A stretch of DNA of 62,978 bases, the filler included, from Basidiobolus meristosporus CBS 931.73 (Eukaryota; Fungi; Basidiobolomycota): the NCBI GenBank assembly GCA_002104905.1. It is 3 parts of 3 records of this genome, joined end to end, with 100 filler letters (N's around TTAATTAATTAA, not from the genome) between each part and the next. Parts side by side here need not be neighbours in the genome. Positions count along the whole stretch, not along the records: positions 1 to 15,231 come from MCFE01001155.1; positions 15,332 to 42,848 come from MCFE01000902.1; 1 more part is not named here. One strand, given 5' to 3'. Made by a program: the position numbers and the translations under genes. The notes below the pieces were generated by a model. That model was not told the origin of the DNA and made no database searches. It worked only from the letters and a program-made list of their open reading frames with translations. This document shows, one piece after another, positions 11,020-21,630 of this stretch; the stretch's first letter is position 1, and each line of letters opens with the position of its first letter.

Positions 11020-14000
11020 CGAGCTGTCACTCTCTGCAATGTCTACTACTGCTATTACTGGAATTTTTCCCTCTGCTGAAAAGTTGGATGGATCTAACTA
11101 CCAAGTGTGGAAGGTGAAGATGAAGATGCTGCTACAAGAAAGAGGCCTTTGGGATATTGTCATGGGAGAAGAATGCCCTCCTAAAAACGTGGGAGAGGAA
11201 GCCTTGAAGTACCAGAAGAAAGAACAAAGTGCCTTTAACTGCATTTGCCTTAATGTCAAGGACAAATTGCTAATTCAATGCTCAAGAGCAAAAACGGCAA
11301 AGAATGCCTGGAAAGCATTAGAAGACACCTACCAGTCATGTTCAGCTGCCAAGAAAATGTATCTGAGAAGAAAATTCTTTACTACAAAGATGCTGCCAGG
11401 AGAAGAAATGAAAAATCTAATTAACAGAATTACCCTGCTGGTAGATGAGATGGAATCTGTGGGCGTACCAACTACTGATGAGGATGTGATAGTTACCATC
11501 CTGAATAGCCTGACAGACGAGTTTCAGGGCCTTGTATCAGCCCTAGAGTCCAGAACTGAAGATTTGACCTTAAATTACGTATATGGAAGGCTCCTGGATG
11601 AAGAATTAAGAAAATCAAGCGCCAATAAGAAGGAAGAAGAAAATGCTTTAATAAGCAATGATAACCAACAAAGGAGGTACCCAAGACCCTACAAAGGCAA
11701 CAGCAACCTATTTTGCAACTACTGCAAAAGGAAAGGACACACATCAGACCGGTGTTTCAAAAAGAGAGATTATCAGCCAAAGAAGCCTGAATATGGAAAT
11801 GCTGTAACAACTGAAGATAGACTATTCATATCTGCACTAAATATGACCACAAACAAGGATTCTCAGACGTGGTATATTGACTCTGGAGCTTCTCAACACT
11901 TTACACACCAAAAAGAACTTTTTACCCAATATCAAGAAATTCCAATTAAGAAGGTTTTCATGGGTGACAATAGAACACTTGATGCAGTGGGAGAAGGAAC
12001 TATCCAAGTAAACCTTAGAAGCAGTGAAGGAAGCCATACACTGACCTTTAAAGAAGTACTCTATGTACCAGAAATAGCCAAGAACCTACTCTCTGTAAGC
12101 AAGGCCACAGCAGAAGGACTCAGTTTCAGTTTTGACAATTCTGGATGCAGGATCACTGATCAAAATGGTGCCCATATTGCTTCGGGCATCAGAGATCAGA
12201 ACCTATACAAGTTGACTTATATTCCATCATATCTGGAAGCCAATATAAGTAACTTAAATGAAGAAACACCAATGCTTTGGCACAGGAGATTTGGACACAT
12301 CAATTTTGATTATTTGCGTAAAATGATCAAAGATCAGCTAATTTCTGGAGTGAAAATTGATCCCCCAGCTATTTTGGAGCACTGTGAAGCCTGCATATAT
12401 GGGAAACAAGCCAGACAACCGTTCAAGAGCTCTGGGTTAATCAAAACTAAGAAAAAATTAGATCTAATTCACTCAGATCTGTGTGGACCTATGCAAAATT
12501 TATCCTTAGGCGGGATGAAGTATTTAATCACTTTTATTGATGATTATACAAGATACACATGGGTCTACTTCATGGAGAGAAAGGAAGAAGCTCTGTCTAA
12601 GCTCAGGGAGTTTAAAGCCATGGTGGAGAGAGAAACTGGTGAAAAAATCAAGAAAATACGCTCTGACAATGGTGGAGAATATACCTCAAAACTCTTCATC
12701 CACTTCTGCAAAATTCATGGGATAAAGCAAGAGACTACTGTACCATACTCCCCACAGCAAAATGGAGTAGCAGAACGAGCTAACAGATCAATAATTGATA
12801 TGGCAAGATCTATGATCCATGATCAAAAATTATCCTATGATTTTTGGGCGGAATCAGTTGCCACTGCTGTATATCTTAAAAATAGGAGTTATAACAGAAT
12901 ACTTCGTGATTCTACTCCATTTGAAGCATGGTATGGATACAGACCAAGTGCAGAACATCTAAGAATATTTGGGTGTACAGCATATGCCAAAAAACTGGCC
13001 GGAAATCAGTCAAAATTTGAGCCAAAAAGTGTAAAATGCATATTTTTGGGCTACTGCAATGAGAGTAAGGCATACAGACTCTACAATACCAAAGCAAAGA
13101 AGCTGATCAAGTCCAGGGATGTGTTGTTTGATGAAAATTCAAAATTTTCACAAAAAATGACATCAGATGATGACAAAAATTTGATCTCAAGTCCACCAAT
13201 TGTCAGGATTGAATCAGAGCAAAACAATGAAAATTTTTTCACTCCAGAGGACTCTACAACCGTGGTTCAGCCAGAATCAGTGCCCAGGAATATCCCAGAA
13301 GTGATCATTCCAGTATCAAATGCCCGGAGATCCAATCGGACAAGAAATAGCCCAAATTACTATATCAATGAGGGTACAAACTTAGCCTATGCCTATTCAG
13401 TCCATATTGATGAACCCCAGACTGTAAAAGAGGCCCTAAATAGCCCTCAGACAAAGTTTTGGAGATCTGCAATGACTGAGGAATATCAGGCCCTGATGGA
13501 AAATCAAACTTGGGACTTAGTCAAATTACCAATCAACCAAAAATCAATTGGATGCAGATGGGTCTTCAAGACAAAATACAAGGCTGATGGTACAATTGAA
13601 AGATACAAAGCAAGACTTGTAGCCAAAGGATACTCTCAAACAAAAGGACTTGACTATACTGAGACCTTTGCACCGGTAGCCAAGTTTAATTCCATCAGAT
13701 TAATATTGGCTATTGCAGCCAAATATAAGTTTTTTATTCATCAAATGGATGTAAAAACTGCATTTTTGAATGGAGAACTTGATGAGGACGTGTATATGGA
13801 CCAGCCTGATGGGTTTGTTGACCAAGATAACCCCCATTTGGTCTGCAAGCTTAAAAAGTCACTATATGGTCTCAAACAATCACCAAGAGCCTGGAATTGC
13901 AAGATAGATTCTTATTTGGAATCTTTGAGTTTCAAAAGGAGTAATGCTGACTATAGTATATACTATAAGCCAGATAGAGCAAATCCAGTTCTATTAGCTC

Positions 14001-14983
14001 TATATGTGGATGATCTTATTATAGCCGCCAATAACCTAGAAACATTGGAAGAGACTAAATCCAGCCTATCTAAGGAGTTCAAGATGTCCGATCTAGGAGA
14101 ACTTAGTTACTACTTAGGGATTAAGTTCTCCATAGACAGAAGTACCCAGACTATTACCCTAAGCCAATCCAAGTATATTCAAGATATACTAAAGAAGTAC
14201 AAAATGGAAGACTGTAAACCGGCAGCTACCCCAATGGAGACAAACCTTAACTTGGTCAAAACTCAACCAAATCAAGAGAGCTTGGTGCCATCTGAAAGCC
14301 CTGACTTTCCTTATCAATCTATGGTCGGCAGTCTGATGTATATCATGCTTGGAACACGTCCAGATATCTCATATTCAGTGGGAGTTGTCAGCCAACATAA
14401 TCAGAATTATGGATCTGATCATATTGCAGCAGTTAAGCGGATTTTTAGATACCTAAAAGGAACTGCTGATATCTGCTTAAGATACACTTATAAGGATTCA
14501 GAACAGGATCTTGTGGGATACTCTGATGCTGATTGGGGACAAAATTTAGAAGACAGAAGATCCACCACAGGATACACCTTTCTTTACTGTAAAGGAGCAA
14601 TTTCATGGAATTCAAGAAAGCAACCAACCGTAGCACTTTCTACTACAGAGGCAGAGTATATGGCAGCCTGTGAAGCTACAAAAGAAGCAATGTGGTTAAG
14701 AAAGCTCTTTACAGATTTAGGCCTATGTCAAAAAACGCCTATTACTTTATTTCAAGATAATCAAGGATGTATACAATTAGGTAGAAATCCAACTTTTCAT
14801 GCTAGAACCAAGCACATAGATATTAGACATCATTTCATACGTGAAGCTATAGAGAATAACTTAGTTAGCTTAGTTTACTGTCCTACAGATGAAATGATTG
14901 CAGACATATTTACCAAACCATTAGCTAGAGACAAGTTTGAATATCTTAGGTCAAAATTAGGACTAGTCAGTATGAACATTTAG
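11012..14983 (+). CDS. Gag-Pol polyprotein (Gag, PR, IN, RT, RNase H), 1323 aa from the PBS ATG
   Basis: Zinc knuckle CNYCKRKGHTSDRC; PR WYIDSGASQH; IN HHCC plus DDE (HSDLCG, SDNGGEY, AERANR); RT QMDVKTAFLNG and LYVDDL; RH YSDADW, TEAEY, QDNQG, ADIFTK. IN lies before RT (copia order). Confidence 0.97.
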   Translation: MSPELSLSAMSTTAITGIFPSAEKLDGSNYQVWKVKMKMLLQERGLWDIVMGEECPPKNVGEEALKYQKKEQSAFNCICLNVKDKLLIQCSRAKTAKNAWKALEDTYQSCSAAKKMYLRRKFFTTKMLPGEEMKNLINRITLLVDEMESVGVPTTDEDVIVTILNSLTDEFQGLVSALESRTEDLTLNYVYGRLLDEELRKSSANKKEEENALISNDNQQRRYPRPYKGNSNLFCNYCKRKGHTSDRCFKKRDYQPKKPEYGNAVTTEDRLFISALNMTTNKDSQTWYIDSGASQHFTHQKELFTQYQEIPIKKVFMGDNRTLDAVGEGTIQVNLRSSEGSHTLTFKEVLYVPEIAKNLLSVSKATAEGLSFSFDNSGCRITDQNGAHIASGIRDQNLYKLTYIPSYLEANISNLNEETPMLWHRRFGHINFDYLRKMIKDQLISGVKIDPPAILEHCEACIYGKQARQPFKSSGLIKTKKKLDLIHSDLCGPMQNLSLGGMKYLITFIDDYTRYTWVYFMERKEEALSKLREFKAMVERETGEKIKKIRSDNGGEYTSKLFIHFCKIHGIKQETTVPYSPQQNGVAERANRSIIDMARSMIHDQKLSYDFWAESVATAVYLKNRSYNRILRDSTPFEAWYGYRPSAEHLRIFGCTAYAKKLAGNQSKFEPKSVKCIFLGYCNESKAYRLYNTKAKKLIKSRDVLFDENSKFSQKMTSDDDKNLISSPPIVRIESEQNNENFFTPEDSTTVVQPESVPRNIPEVIIPVSNARRSNRTRNSPNYYINEGTNLAYAYSVHIDEPQTVKEALNSPQTKFWRSAMTEEYQALMENQTWDLVKLPINQKSIGCRWVFKTKYKADGTIERYKARLVAKGYSQTKGLDYTETFAPVAKFNSIRLILAIAAKYKFFIHQMDVKTAFLNGELDEDVYMDQPDGFVDQDNPHLVCKLKKSLYGLKQSPRAWNCKIDSYLESLSFKRSNADYSIYYKPDRANPVLLALYVDDLIIAANNLETLEETKSSLSKEFKMSDLGELSYYLGIKFSIDRSTQTITLSQSKYIQDILKKYKMEDCKPAATPMETNLNLVKTQPNQESLVPSESPDFPYQSMVGSLMYIMLGTRPDISYSVGVVSQHNQNYGSDHIAAVKRIFRYLKGTADICLRYTYKDSEQDLVGYSDADWGQNLEDRRSTTGYTFLYCKGAISWNSRKQPTVALSTTEAEYMAACEATKEAMWLRKLFTDLGLCQKTPITLFQDNQGCIQLGRNPTFHARTKHIDIRHHFIREAIENNLVSLVYCPTDEMIADIFTKPLARDKFEYLRSKLGLVSMNI

Positions 14984-14994
14984 CTGAGTGGGAG

Positions 14995-15231
14995 TGTTGT
15001 AAAAATTTGTATTTCCACCTAAATATTCACCTAACTTAGTCACTTAGATCATCACCTTCAAATCCTAGAGAATACTGACCAAATTCCTTGTCGGGATTTA
15101 CTTAGAATATTTTCACCAAAATACCAGGTACCCAGAACATGAAAATTCTCAAAGTTGTCCAAACAGCCCCAAACTTTGCACACATGTTCTTGGGACCTTC
15201 CTTAACCTATTCTACGTGTTTGTAATGCCAA
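14995..15231 (+). repeat. 3' LTR of copy 1 (truncated by gap), preceded by PPT agctgagtgggag
   Basis: Matches the 5' LTR except for one substitution and one 1-bp indel in the first 25 bp. Confidence 0.93.
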
Positions 15232-15331
15232 NNNNNNNNNNNNNNNNNNNNNNNNNNNNNNNNNNNNNNNNNNNNTTAATTAATTAANNNNNNNNNNNNN
15301 NNNNNNNNNNNNNNNNNNNNNNNNNNNNNNN
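15232..15331. other. Artificial scaffold gap (44 N + TTAATTAATTAA + 44 N)
   Basis: Exactly 100 bp with a palindromic all-frame-stop linker; identical structure at 42849-42948. Confidence 0.97.
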
Positions 15332-17030
15332 CATACTCTCATCTGCCTCACAGACGTGAATGGCACTGGTAACAACGGGCAATGTACCATTTACGCTATT
15401 GCATTCGGCACCACCAGTTCTGCACACTCATCACAGGTCTTTTAGATCTCCTGAAGTGCCGGAATCGATCACCAGCTACACTCCATCGAACGATAGTTTT
15501 GTATACCAAATACGGCTGAGATTCCTCGCAAGGTCCTTGGTTTTAAGATTGCTAGTAATCGGGTAAAATGATCGGTGCAAATACGTTTAATAATTCGATC
15601 TCCATCACCCTTACCATAGTAGTGTAGTCATAGGATACTCCTGCCCTAGAACACCAATTCCTAGTCACCTCCTATATTCCGATGAGATCAAGCGTAATCT
15701 TGTGCATGGTAGTGTCAGGGGATTCATCCTGGGCATTGCATGCCTCGTTTTCTTGCCTGTAGTCGGGTTTCTTGAGACATAAGATCTAAGCCAGAGCTGG
15801 CGGTAATTTCACTACATTAGGAAACGTCACTGAGAACATCCTGATTCCTTATTCGGTGCGGTAATTGCATCTCCGTGTGTGAGGTCCAGCACCCATTGGC
15901 AAGGAATCGACAACCTACCAACATATTGTGGGATCTACAGTCAATTGCGGATTACGCCTGGTTGGTGACCAAGAATCCGACATCACCCACCCATGATTTC
16001 GTGCATCCCGAGATGCGCGATGAAATGATTACGACCACTCACTTGCCGTCTCCATTGGCGGCTGGCATGATTTCCCCTACGAAATCTCCGAAACCGTGAT
16101 TGACATACGCAACTATAACTAGCTTCAACTTGCATTCTCTAATTCAAGACTCGAATAATTCAGTACTATGGACATAGAATCTTAGAACGTGATGGTATTT
16201 GATTATTTGTGGGAAATTGGTTTCTGAACAAATGCCAATGATAAATACCACCAACTGACCATTATCCAAATGCTGGCAGCATTAATAATGCCAACGTATT
16301 ACTGGTAATTAATTTTGGTTGATGCCGCTTGATGATACCGGTTTTTCATCACTGTGCTCTACTATAATCAGCACTAAAGTTCCGGATGAATGGGTATTTG
16401 GTGTATATGTATATATTTTTGTTGCAAGTATTGCACCGAAAGAAACACGGATGATTTTGATACACAACCAATCAAACTACTACTTAATTGGGTGGGTGAG
16501 AAAAAAGTGTGAAGCTAATAACGAAATCTTTATAATATTGTTCAGTCTCTGTCAAACACTCTGTCGCGTCTTGGCTTCACTAAGAAAGTAAACCTGTTGG
16601 TCAGTACAGGCTGAATAGATAATAATTATTTGATAGTCCCCCATTTGATTTGGCATTAGTCGCACTCCACTCTAGAACAAGGTAACCACGAAACATACCA
16701 TGTAGCAATCATCTAGGTTATTCGTCAACTCCAAGTACCCTATTCTTATTTTGGCATTTTTCTTCACTAATCTGATTACATGATGACTTTTATTAGCATG
16801 ATACCAGTAACAATGAGCACCACCGCATTACGAAACTCTACTGTTAAATGGAAACTGTCAGGTCAATTGAAGCGTAATATGATCTAAAAATGGATAAGCC
16901 ATGAGTTTTCTACCAGTGACATCATGTATACACGCAGCCTAGCTGCTGTGGAGATGAGGACAATAACACCAACATAGAGCAAACCCGTCTTTACCCAACT
17001 AGCTAAGCACTTAGCACTCATAAATTTTCA

Positions 17031-17903
17031 ATGAAGTTCAACATAGCCGTTATCCAGTTTCATCCTTTACCCTTAAGCGTTGAAGCCAATTTCGCACGTA
17101 TGGAAGAGTACATTCGGAAGGTGTCTTCAGAAGGGGCCGATTTAGTGGTTTTTCCGGAATATTCGGTTAGTCATGTACACCCCGATCCGGAGACTGGACA
17201 TGCACCACAAGATGCGAGTAAATCTCAGCTGGAAAGATTCCGACTTTTGGCACGCAAATACCGGGTGGATTTAGTGCCTGGAACCATTTTAGAGGTGGAT
17301 TCAAGCGATTCGAATTGTTACAATGTTGGATACTATCTGGACCGAGATGGAAATGTCTTGGGTGAATACAAAAAGGTCAACTTGTGGCACCCGGAGAGAG
17401 AGCACTTTGAAAGTGGTACCACTTACTGCCCCACCTTTGATACACGTTTCGGTAAAGTTGGACTATTGATATGCTGGGACTTGGCATTTCACGAAGGCTT
17501 TCATAAGCTAATAGAGGATGACGTCGAAATGGTGATAGCACCCGCCTTTTGGAGTTTAGAAGATGCTGGAATAGGAATGAGGCACAACCCACTTTCTGAG
17601 CGTACATTTTTGAACGCTCTTTGCGTTACCAGAGCCTTTGAGAATGAGGTAGTGTTTGTGTTCGTCAACTTCGGTGACAGTGAGCAGGATATAGCATTAG
17701 ACCAAGTAGGTGAAGCCATTCACTCTGCAGGCTGCACTCAAATCGCTGTTCCTTTCAAAGGCTGCCTCAAGTCGCTACCTGACTCTAAGGAAGGCTACTT
17801 CGTCCAGGAAGTGGATACTGATATCCTGAAGGATGCTGAAAGCGTGTATAAAATTCGCGCCGATTTAAAGCTAAAAGAGCCCAAGTTTGCCACTAGAAAA
17901 TAG
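17031..17903 (+). CDS. Carbon-nitrogen hydrolase (nitrilase superfamily), intronless, 290 aa
   Basis: Catalytic triad motifs VFPEY (E), YKKVNLW (K), LICWDLAF (C). Confidence 0.92.
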   Translation: MKFNIAVIQFHPLPLSVEANFARMEEYIRKVSSEGADLVVFPEYSVSHVHPDPETGHAPQDASKSQLERFRLLARKYRVDLVPGTILEVDSSDSNCYNVGYYLDRDGNVLGEYKKVNLWHPEREHFESGTTYCPTFDTRFGKVGLLICWDLAFHEGFHKLIEDDVEMVIAPAFWSLEDAGIGMRHNPLSERTFLNALCVTRAFENEVVFVFVNFGDSEQDIALDQVGEAIHSAGCTQIAVPFKGCLKSLPDSKEGYFVQEVDTDILKDAESVYKIRADLKLKEPKFATRK

Positions 17904-18366
17904 ACAACAATGAAGGGTACAACCTACCCGTATTTTGGTCAATAAATCTTTTTCAATGAAAATATCATTGGCATAAGAATCCACCCTCGCCAAAGTGCAA
18001 CATCATCTCATTTTCTATCTTTAATCTGCTAGATGACAGTAATTATCAGGGCTGCTGCTAAAATATATTTAGGGAGGTCCTCAGCATTTCAATTGTCATG
18101 GGGATAAGAGAGCTAAATTCCATGCCCTTCTTTCAAGAGGGTATCCTGCTAGAAACACTTGGCATCATGTTGATCTGGCCGATCAACAATGTTCATTATA
18201 CAACTGTGTTTTTGGGGGCACACACCCCACGGGAGTAATAAATGGAGCCTCGTTAAAAAACACAGTTCAGAGCACAATCTGAGTGCGAGTCAGATCTCTT
18301 TATTAAACAATGTCCATATGGTGACGTGGTAGGGAATAATTTAGGACAATAGGGTATATATGTGCA

Positions 18367-19909
18367 TCATCGGCTCAGTTCTATGACAAACCCGATTAAA
18401 ACTTTGGTGAATTCTCTCATTCGATAGAAATCAATGTTCTGGATCCCGTCGGAACCAGTCCTTGTAAACGGGTTTGAGTCCAGCATGGTGCCTAATCCGC
18501 ACGGATGAATTTCTCTGAACTTCATGCAATCATTAGAAACTCCACTTACTCTCGTGTTGAAAGATCGATCGATACCCAGAGAGATGCCAGGGTACGTGGT
18601 CAGAGCACGCAAATCCACTACATAATTGTCAGTAATTCACACGTCTAATATTGCTCCCAGACAGTATGATTACCATTTCATCTCCATTGCGACCAGGTTG
18701 CTATACTCCGAGACTATGGATATTACGAACCTAGCTAGAGTGGAATCCGACATATCAGTGGCCACTCCTATTTGATTAGAGTGACGTGAAAACCCTGTCA
18801 TGTCTGTCTAACAGGTAAATCGGCATGAGTGCACACATAAGAGCAGGATGGACTACAATGTACGAACATGCAATAGACCAACAATTTCTTGACCTCTAGC
18901 AACGTATGATCTAGCAATATCCTGTGATCCAATCAAGCCGGCAGAATGGCCAGAATACCTGGAAACAATGTAGCTTTAGAGTCAGAGTTTGCCAACGATG
19001 ATTTTGTCTGAAGATTCACCAATGGAACTCTACTGGTCGAGCCGGCTTATAAACACCCTCGAACAGACAACGGAAGGCTTCTAGAAGTGAGACTGCCCCA
19101 CTGCCACTATCATCTATCAACCACCTTCACTACGTGCCCTTTATATAAGTCTGGGAAATTGCAAATACCTGCTCCAGGTGCAACACCAGTACTAAAGGCA
19201 ATCATTAAGATCTGAGCAATCTACCTCCGTTAATACAGGCCCACTTACTCTGGAAGCCACTTGTTCAAGGAATCGAGAGAGCTGCTAACAATCACGCTCT
19301 CTGTGTTTTCCTTTACGCTCCCTTCAAAGCGCACAATAATTGATTTTTGCATCCAGGCGTGAGAGAAGTATTTCAAGCTGACATTGGCGCCTGGGTTGTT
19401 CGATATGATGTATTCCAGTTGCTGGTAGAGCCATTCTGATGCGGCAAGCTGGTGAGATGCTATGCGTGAGTTGATAGGGTTTTTTGGATACCCTCAAAAT
19501 GGATTTACCCCAAACTCCGAGTTATGGTACCGGTTTTTGAACCGTGTGATTCGCCTCAGTGCGAAACTCATCAGTGCCAACTCTACGTCCATAATGTAAC
19601 GTCGCGCCTCGCTTTGGCCACTCAAGGTGGTTGGGATTTCTGATAGTGACTGATTAAGGTTCATTTGAGCAACCAACTTTACTGGAGAGAAATACCAGAT
19701 TTGGGTCTAGAGGGAATTCTTATCATCTCGCCATCAGTGATATCCATGAATCGCATCTTGGACTGGATAAGCTGATTCACTTCGAAATCGCTCAACCATT
19801 CACCTGACGAGTTGAATGTCGTGCGAATCAGCCGCTGGTTGTCACCATATCTCAATACCCCATTGAATGTATCGGCTACGAGGAGGATGAGAACGAGTAA
19901 AAACATCAT
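18367..19909 (-). CDS. Secreted M28 leucine-aminopeptidase-like protein with substituted active site (about 8 exons)
   Basis: Signal peptide MMFLLVLILLVA, propeptide FMDITD, then RITRFKNRYHNSEFG, APGADDSGSG, DMTGF and CGFACSDH, collinear with fungal LAP1; spliced at canonical GT-AG sites. Confidence 0.82.
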
Positions 19910-20481
19910 TGAGCCTGCAAGCGGCTTCTTGCTGGGTTTTATACAGCCGGCGTTACAAGGACCGGGCCTCATAAAAACATTCCCTATCCCTACCGGTTTG
20001 CTGCTGCCTCTCGTTCTAGAATTCTTCCTGAAATGGAAACCCCCGTAGCTTGCCCTGATACCCAGCCGAGGTTGATTGGAGACAACCAACATCAAACTAC
20101 AATGGATCCCACCATCAGAGCATGAGCCGCCCCTAAATTTCCAAATCTCTGAGACAATGCTTTGCCAGCAATAAATCATGTGAAGACCAAATGACTGATT
20201 GTCAAGTCGCCCTGCATCCTCTACTCCAGGCCAACCAACCCCTCCAGGTAATCTTCAGGATTCAGGGACACGCTAGTAGTGCCAATTGAGGCAAGAGGCA
20301 TTATGGATCACCAATGAGGTTAAACGGCACAGCTAATTTATTGAATCTATATTAAACATGTTCACCGCCTAACTTCATGAATAAACTCGAAGTCAGGACG
20401 AAAGTTTGGATTAGAATGAGGGTTTAAGATGCTATGGTAAATGCAGGACGGTAGAGATGGCGGAATTAGGCGCTTGGGTTG

Positions 20482-20757
20482 TTAGTTGGTTTTTTTGTCC
20501 GTTAGAGGCGTCTCCTCGGAAAACTCCTTACTTTCCTCGTCGGTTAGTTTCGGAACTTCATGTGTCTCTGTCTCTTTGGCCAGCTGCTCTTTGTAGAAGC
20601 GCTCCTGCTCCTCCATCTGCTGCTTGAGTCTGGTCTGTTCGCGCTTCACGTCGTTCTCTAGGTAACGCTTTAGATACGGGCGTCCGAAAAACCATATCGC
20701 CAGGATCAGAAGTGTGGCAGCGACATCGATGGGGTTGCTGAAGGAGATGTTGAGCAT
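20482..20757 (-). CDS. Hypothetical small single-pass membrane protein with charged coiled-coil tail (91 aa)
   Basis: MLNISFSNPIDVAATLLILAIWFFGRPYLKR then E/K/Q-rich helix; coding-like composition; family not recognised. Confidence 0.55.
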   Translation of the reverse strand: MLNISFSNPIDVAATLLILAIWFFGRPYLKRYLENDVKREQTRLKQQMEEQERFYKEQLAKETETHEVPKLTDEESKEFSEETPLTDKKTN

Positions 20758-21630
20758 GGTGAGGTTTCGACTACAGCAACTAACGCCGTTGGGAGTAATA
20801 TACAACTTGGCGCGGAGATTTGGAATCATCGAATATTCCTCGATCTTAAATAAGCACACCGATTTGACTACATTTCTATTGTACCACCGAGCTATTTGTC
20901 ACTAAACAACAAATCAGACCCACATTCTGAACCATGTGCCTTCCTCGAGGGTGGAGAGTAATCAAACCTAAATCACAACGCGTCCACCAATCAGCGGGCA
21001 ATCCGAGGCCTGATGTTCAAGAGCTCCCTGTTGAAGCTGACTATCCTAGTGATTGGTGGATTTAAGGTACACCTATTAACCAATATTGTGTCGAGCAGCT
21101 TATTTCACAAAACCCAATTTCTCTGTGCTCCAACGCACCTATGAGGGAATCGAAGTTGTCCATAGCGCTGGATGTTCTCATGCCTTGTATCGGGACCATT
21201 CCGAAAGGTAAGTCCATACAGAACCACGCTTGAATCTAGAGGTATATTGCATCAAACCAAGAGAAGTGCTTTATAGGGTAGAATTGACCTCTGAGAGGAT
21301 TGATTTCTGTTGCACAAAGGCCCTTTCTTTTTAAGAAATCGGTTCGTCCAAGGACTACCAAGCTATTGGCGAACACTCAATGTAATGTTCCTCATAACTT
21401 TATCAGGATCCACAGATTGAACTAATTTATACAATATTCAATTCCAAGCATAATTGCAGCTGAACTCGATGCCAATGCCTCGTCTACACAAAACAGCAAT
21501 TCAGCCCAAGTATTCCCACCTTACTTGGGCTTTGAAAACAGAACGCTCTGATCTAAAGGGGGGGGGCAAGACATAATGGGAAACTTGTTGAGCCATTCCC
21601 ATGCACTCGGATGCGTTTTTGATGAGGGTT

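Larger units (their letters stand above)
10658..15231 (+). mobile_element. Intact Ty1/copia (hemivirus-type) LTR retrotransposon, copy 1; 3' LTR cut by the gap
   Basis: 5' LTR, PBS, uninterrupted gag-pol ORF, PPT and 237 bp of 3' LTR. Confidence 0.97.

Noticed and set aside
15276-15287. TTAATTAATTAA palindrome inside N runs (also 42893-42904)
   Set aside because: Symmetric 44-N flanks and an all-frame stop linker mark it as an assembly spacer. True distance and adjacency across both gaps are therefore unknown.
15332-16150. Possible gene fragments just after the first gap (37-codon plus-strand tail; minus-strand exon-like pieces)
   Set aside because: Too short or ambiguous to assemble a consistent model or assign a family.
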